Assembly: GCA_016710645.1 (NCBI GenBank)
Contig: JADJVI010000056.1
Coordinates: 1,388 to 65,387 of the forward strand
Length of the DNA: 64,000 nt
Direction of reading: 5' to 3'
Source of the DNA: Actinomycetales bacterium
Lineage (GTDB): Bacteria; Actinomycetota; Actinomycetes; Actinomycetales; Dermatophilaceae
Part shown: positions 63,945 to 64,000 of the stretch, piece after piece
How the letters are laid out: each line of letters opens with the position of its first letter
Numbering within the stretch: the first letter of the stretch is position 1
Notes under the pieces: model-generated
What the model saw: only the letters and a program-made list of their open reading frames with translations
The model's database searches: none
Told to the model about the DNA's origin: nothing
Program-made: the position numbers and the translations under genes

Positions 63945-64000
63945 GGACCCGTCGCGTCGGTTCGGGCCGAGACCTCGGACGAGGTGCCCAGGAGGGGGTC

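Noticed and set aside
1-64000. ACGGCATACC enrichment as a by-product of codon usage (for example Tyr-Ala-Val or Gly-Met-Pro)
   Set aside because: Copies occur in all reading frames relative to real genes, on both strands, and densely in intergenic hairpins. Only a few, such as LYAVNPE in pckG, are explained by conserved peptides.
1-64000. Motif as a Chi-like or KOPS/FtsK-orienting polar sequence
   Set aside because: My count of the two orientations is about equal (33 versus 38) within one 64-kb stretch, and many copies are in inverted pairs. Polar signals should be strongly skewed. The position relative to ori/ter is unknown, so this rejection is provisional.

Overview
High-GC (about 70% by eye) actinobacterial chromosomal segment, Micrococcales-like in gene content, densely coded. 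No rRNA genes, CRISPR arrays, transposases or integrases were recognised. Coordinates taken from the ORF track are exact. Coordinates I indexed by hand (hairpins, repeats, tRNAs, frameshift sites) are +/-2 nt.

Left to right:
- partial acidic membrane protein, then a FadD-like acyl-CoA ligase
- translationally coupled envelope operon: PASTA/NPCBM protein, lipoprotein, 1207-aa lipase-vWA-SGNH exoprotein
- malic enzyme, Usp, tctCBA transporter, amidohydrolase, DUF1345
- kinase-like protein plus alpha/beta hydrolase, DUF480
- APC permease fused to an OB-fold, followed by a KdpD-like/KdpE pair
- T7SS-type polymorphic toxin/immunity cassette
- Ser/Thr kinase-methyltransferase fusion
- frameshifted NrtR-like regulator divergent from an SPFH/NAD-kinase-like operon
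- MntA-like HTH-nucleotidyltransferase with a decayed HEPN partner, tRNA-Arg
- pckG, an OmpR/HK pair with a GT39 glycosyltransferase and GtrA, tRNA-Ser(GCT)
- LCP, cspA, folP-like, ceramidase-like, dienelactone hydrolase, tRNA-Ser(TGA) with tandem copies of its 3' end
- S8 peptidase / ECF sigma / small protein / TPR-CHAT operon
- cysE, cysK, a YtxH-like gene
- frameshifted DUF222-HNH, GNAT and diiron-oxygenase genes, plus an FNR-type reductase and MarR
- a terminal 3.5 kb in which three consecutive genes are riddled with frame disruptions

Main hunt results:
1. A hyper-abundant non-palindromic motif, (C)ACGGCATACC / GGTATGCCGT(G), at roughly 1.5 copies per kb. It occurs in both orientations, in genes and between them, and is very often paired into hairpins at gene ends. 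That pattern matches the uptake-sequence (DUS/USS) or REP signature, and I know of no described equivalent in Actinobacteria.
2. A cytoplasmic S8 protease / ECF sigma / anti-sigma-like / TPR-CHAT operon. It resembles a CRISPR-less counterpart of the Craspase-Csx30-RpoE protease-gated sigma circuit.
3. An NrtR / SPFH / NAD-kinase-like module with the regulator split by a 1-nt frameshift.
4. A steep gradient of frameshifts towards the 3' end of the window.
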